Positions 62,666-64,000 of a stretch of 64,000 nucleotides of DNA are shown here, one piece after another. A model generated the notes under the pieces. That model did not search any database. It saw only the letters and a list, made by a program, of their open reading frames with translations, and was not told the origin of the DNA. Source of the stretch: Candidatus Aenigmatarchaeota archaeon (GTDB lineage: Archaea > Aenigmatarchaeota > Aenigmatarchaeia > CG10238-14 > SpSt-28); assembly GCA_039000985.1 (NCBI GenBank), contig JAWBMD010000003.1:1-64000 (forward strand). The letters are read 5' to 3'. Numbering within the stretch: position 1 is the first letter of the stretch; every line of letters begins with the position of its first letter. The position numbers and the translations under genes were made by a program.

Positions 62666-63552
62666 TGGGCGGTATCAGTATTAGAAAAATCGTAGCTTTG
62701 ATTATTGGTATTTTAGTACTAGTAATTGGTTTTTTTATTTCATCTTTAATAATAAAGGGAGCTAGGATTTGTGATCCAGAAAATCCAGATATTCTTAAAT
62801 GTCCTATGTTTTTTAATCCTTTTTATATAGAACCAAACTATTGTAATCATGTATTTGGTAGTGAGGATGGTGATATAACCCATATAAAACCACCGGTAGA
62901 ATTTTGCAACATGTGCTGCGCGCTTTGGGATTCTGACTGTTTAAATAAAAAAGATTGCATAGGATGCGTATTTGTAAGATGCGATCCAACTATTCTATTT
63001 GAAGTACTTAATAAAATATTATCTTCTATTGGTAGTGATTTTGTGCAGTTAAAAGATAAATCTTTTTTTCTTCACTGGAATGCTAGTGATATGGCCCAAT
63101 CTTCTATTAGAATAAAGAATCATGCTTATTTATTTGAATCAGTTGGAGATATAGCTAGTGCTTTTGAGTGTTGCGCCGAAGATAATTGTAACTCCGATAA
63201 TAAGGATGGAGTTAGAGTAAAAAAGGGAATTCTAGATATTAATAATGTAGATCTTTCATGTGTTCCGTTTTTATTTTTTTGTCTTTCTCAAGAAGGGGGA
63301 AAAAAAACAATAGTGGAAGAAATAACAAGATTGTATTGTGGAATCTCATATAAAAAATGTTTAATGTGTAATAAAGATTTTGAAAAAAAGGAAAATACAG
63401 CATGGTATGTCTGTACTATTTTCGATTATCCAAAGATTTTAAATAATGGGTTAGAAAGTGGTATAATTAGTGTTAAACCAAATACTAAAATAACTATTGA
63501 TGGGGAAGAATGGTTTTGTAATAAAAATTTTGAATGGGAAAAAATTAAATAA
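62665..63552 (+). CDS. Cys-rich protein with pilin-like N-terminal helix
   Basis: MGGISIRKIVALIIGILVL; very Cys-rich ectodomain. Confidence 0.7.
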   Translation: MGGISIRKIVALIIGILVLVIGFFISSLIIKGARICDPENPDILKCPMFFNPFYIEPNYCNHVFGSEDGDITHIKPPVEFCNMCCALWDSDCLNKKDCIGCVFVRCDPTILFEVLNKILSSIGSDFVQLKDKSFFLHWNASDMAQSSIRIKNHAYLFESVGDIASAFECCAEDNCNSDNKDGVRVKKGILDINNVDLSCVPFLFFCLSQEGGKKTIVEEITRLYCGISYKKCLMCNKDFEKKENTAWYVCTIFDYPKILNNGLESGIISVKPNTKITIDGEEWFCNKNFEWEKIK

Positions 63553-63737
63553 TGGTAGCTATAAAATCTTTGAGAGAAATAGTATTAATGTTAATACTTT
63601 TAATTTTCATAATTATAATAGTGTCTTCTATTGTTTTCTATTTAATGAAGCCAAGTAACGATGGAAAAAGTTTTATGGAAAAGGCAATAGAAAATGTAAC
63701 AAAAATTGTGAAAGATTTCTTTACTATAAAAAAATAA
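63552..63737 (+). CDS. small pilin-like membrane protein
   Basis: MVAIKSLREIVLMLIL...; TAATG coupling. Confidence 0.65.
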   Translation: MVAIKSLREIVLMLILLIFIIIIVSSIVFYLMKPSNDGKSFMEKAIENVTKIVKDFFTIKK

Positions 63738-64000
63738 TGACACATATTTCTGTTGATTGGACAATTTATATAGCCATAATAGCTATGTCAATTATGGTTA
63801 TAGTACTTTTAGTATTTATTTTGTCAAGATACATCTCTATGGAGCCGTGTATTCAAAAACAAAAAGAAATTATAAATGAAATATTTAGAATTTACTATGA
63901 AGAGATTGTAATTAAAAAGAACAGTGAGGTAATAAAAAGTTTTAAATTAGAACCATTTTGCACTAAATGGATTTTTTCTCCCTGTAAAGAAAAAGGTGTT
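63737..64000 (+). CDS. partial membrane-anchored protein (runs off window)
   Basis: MTHISVDWTIYIAIIAMSIMVIVLLVFIL...; frame open to the edge. Confidence 0.6.
   Translation, partial: MTHISVDWTIYIAIIAMSIMVIVLLVFILSRYISMEPCIQKQKEIINEIFRIYYEEIVIKKNSEVIKSFKLEPFCTKWIFSPCKEKGV

Overview
A very AT-rich, compact archaeal genome segment. Gene content suggests a DPANN lineage (possibly Aenigmarchaeota-like; inference only). It carries the RNA polymerase/ribosomal protein operon (rpoH-B''-B'-A'-A''-rpl30e-nusA-rps12-rps7-rpl6), a decaying copper-resistance island next to tRNA-Lys, acs, an ABC exporter, kae1, lysS, argS, Lhr, topoisomerase VI, sepF, scpA, an intein-containing short SMC, six tRNAs, a stand-alone 5S rRNA and a stand-alone 16S rRNA. 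The most striking signal is in the RNA genes. The 16S gene is interrupted by seven bulge-helix-bulge (BHB) introns, two of them flanking a 3-nt micro-exon. Two 16S introns carry box C/D guide modules with 12-nt guides antisense to their own host rRNA (predicted targets U788, A1408, C1535). All three canonical tRNA introns (Lys, Met, Arg) carry a guide/D-box/C-box module whose D+5 position falls on wobble nucleotide 34 of the host tRNA. A free-standing C/D sRNA predicted to target 16S C1402 lies upstream of tRNA-Pro. Together these suggest self-guiding introns that direct 2'-O-methylation of their host RNAs. E. coli rRNA numbers come from my manual alignment of conserved motifs, and all modification calls are predictions.
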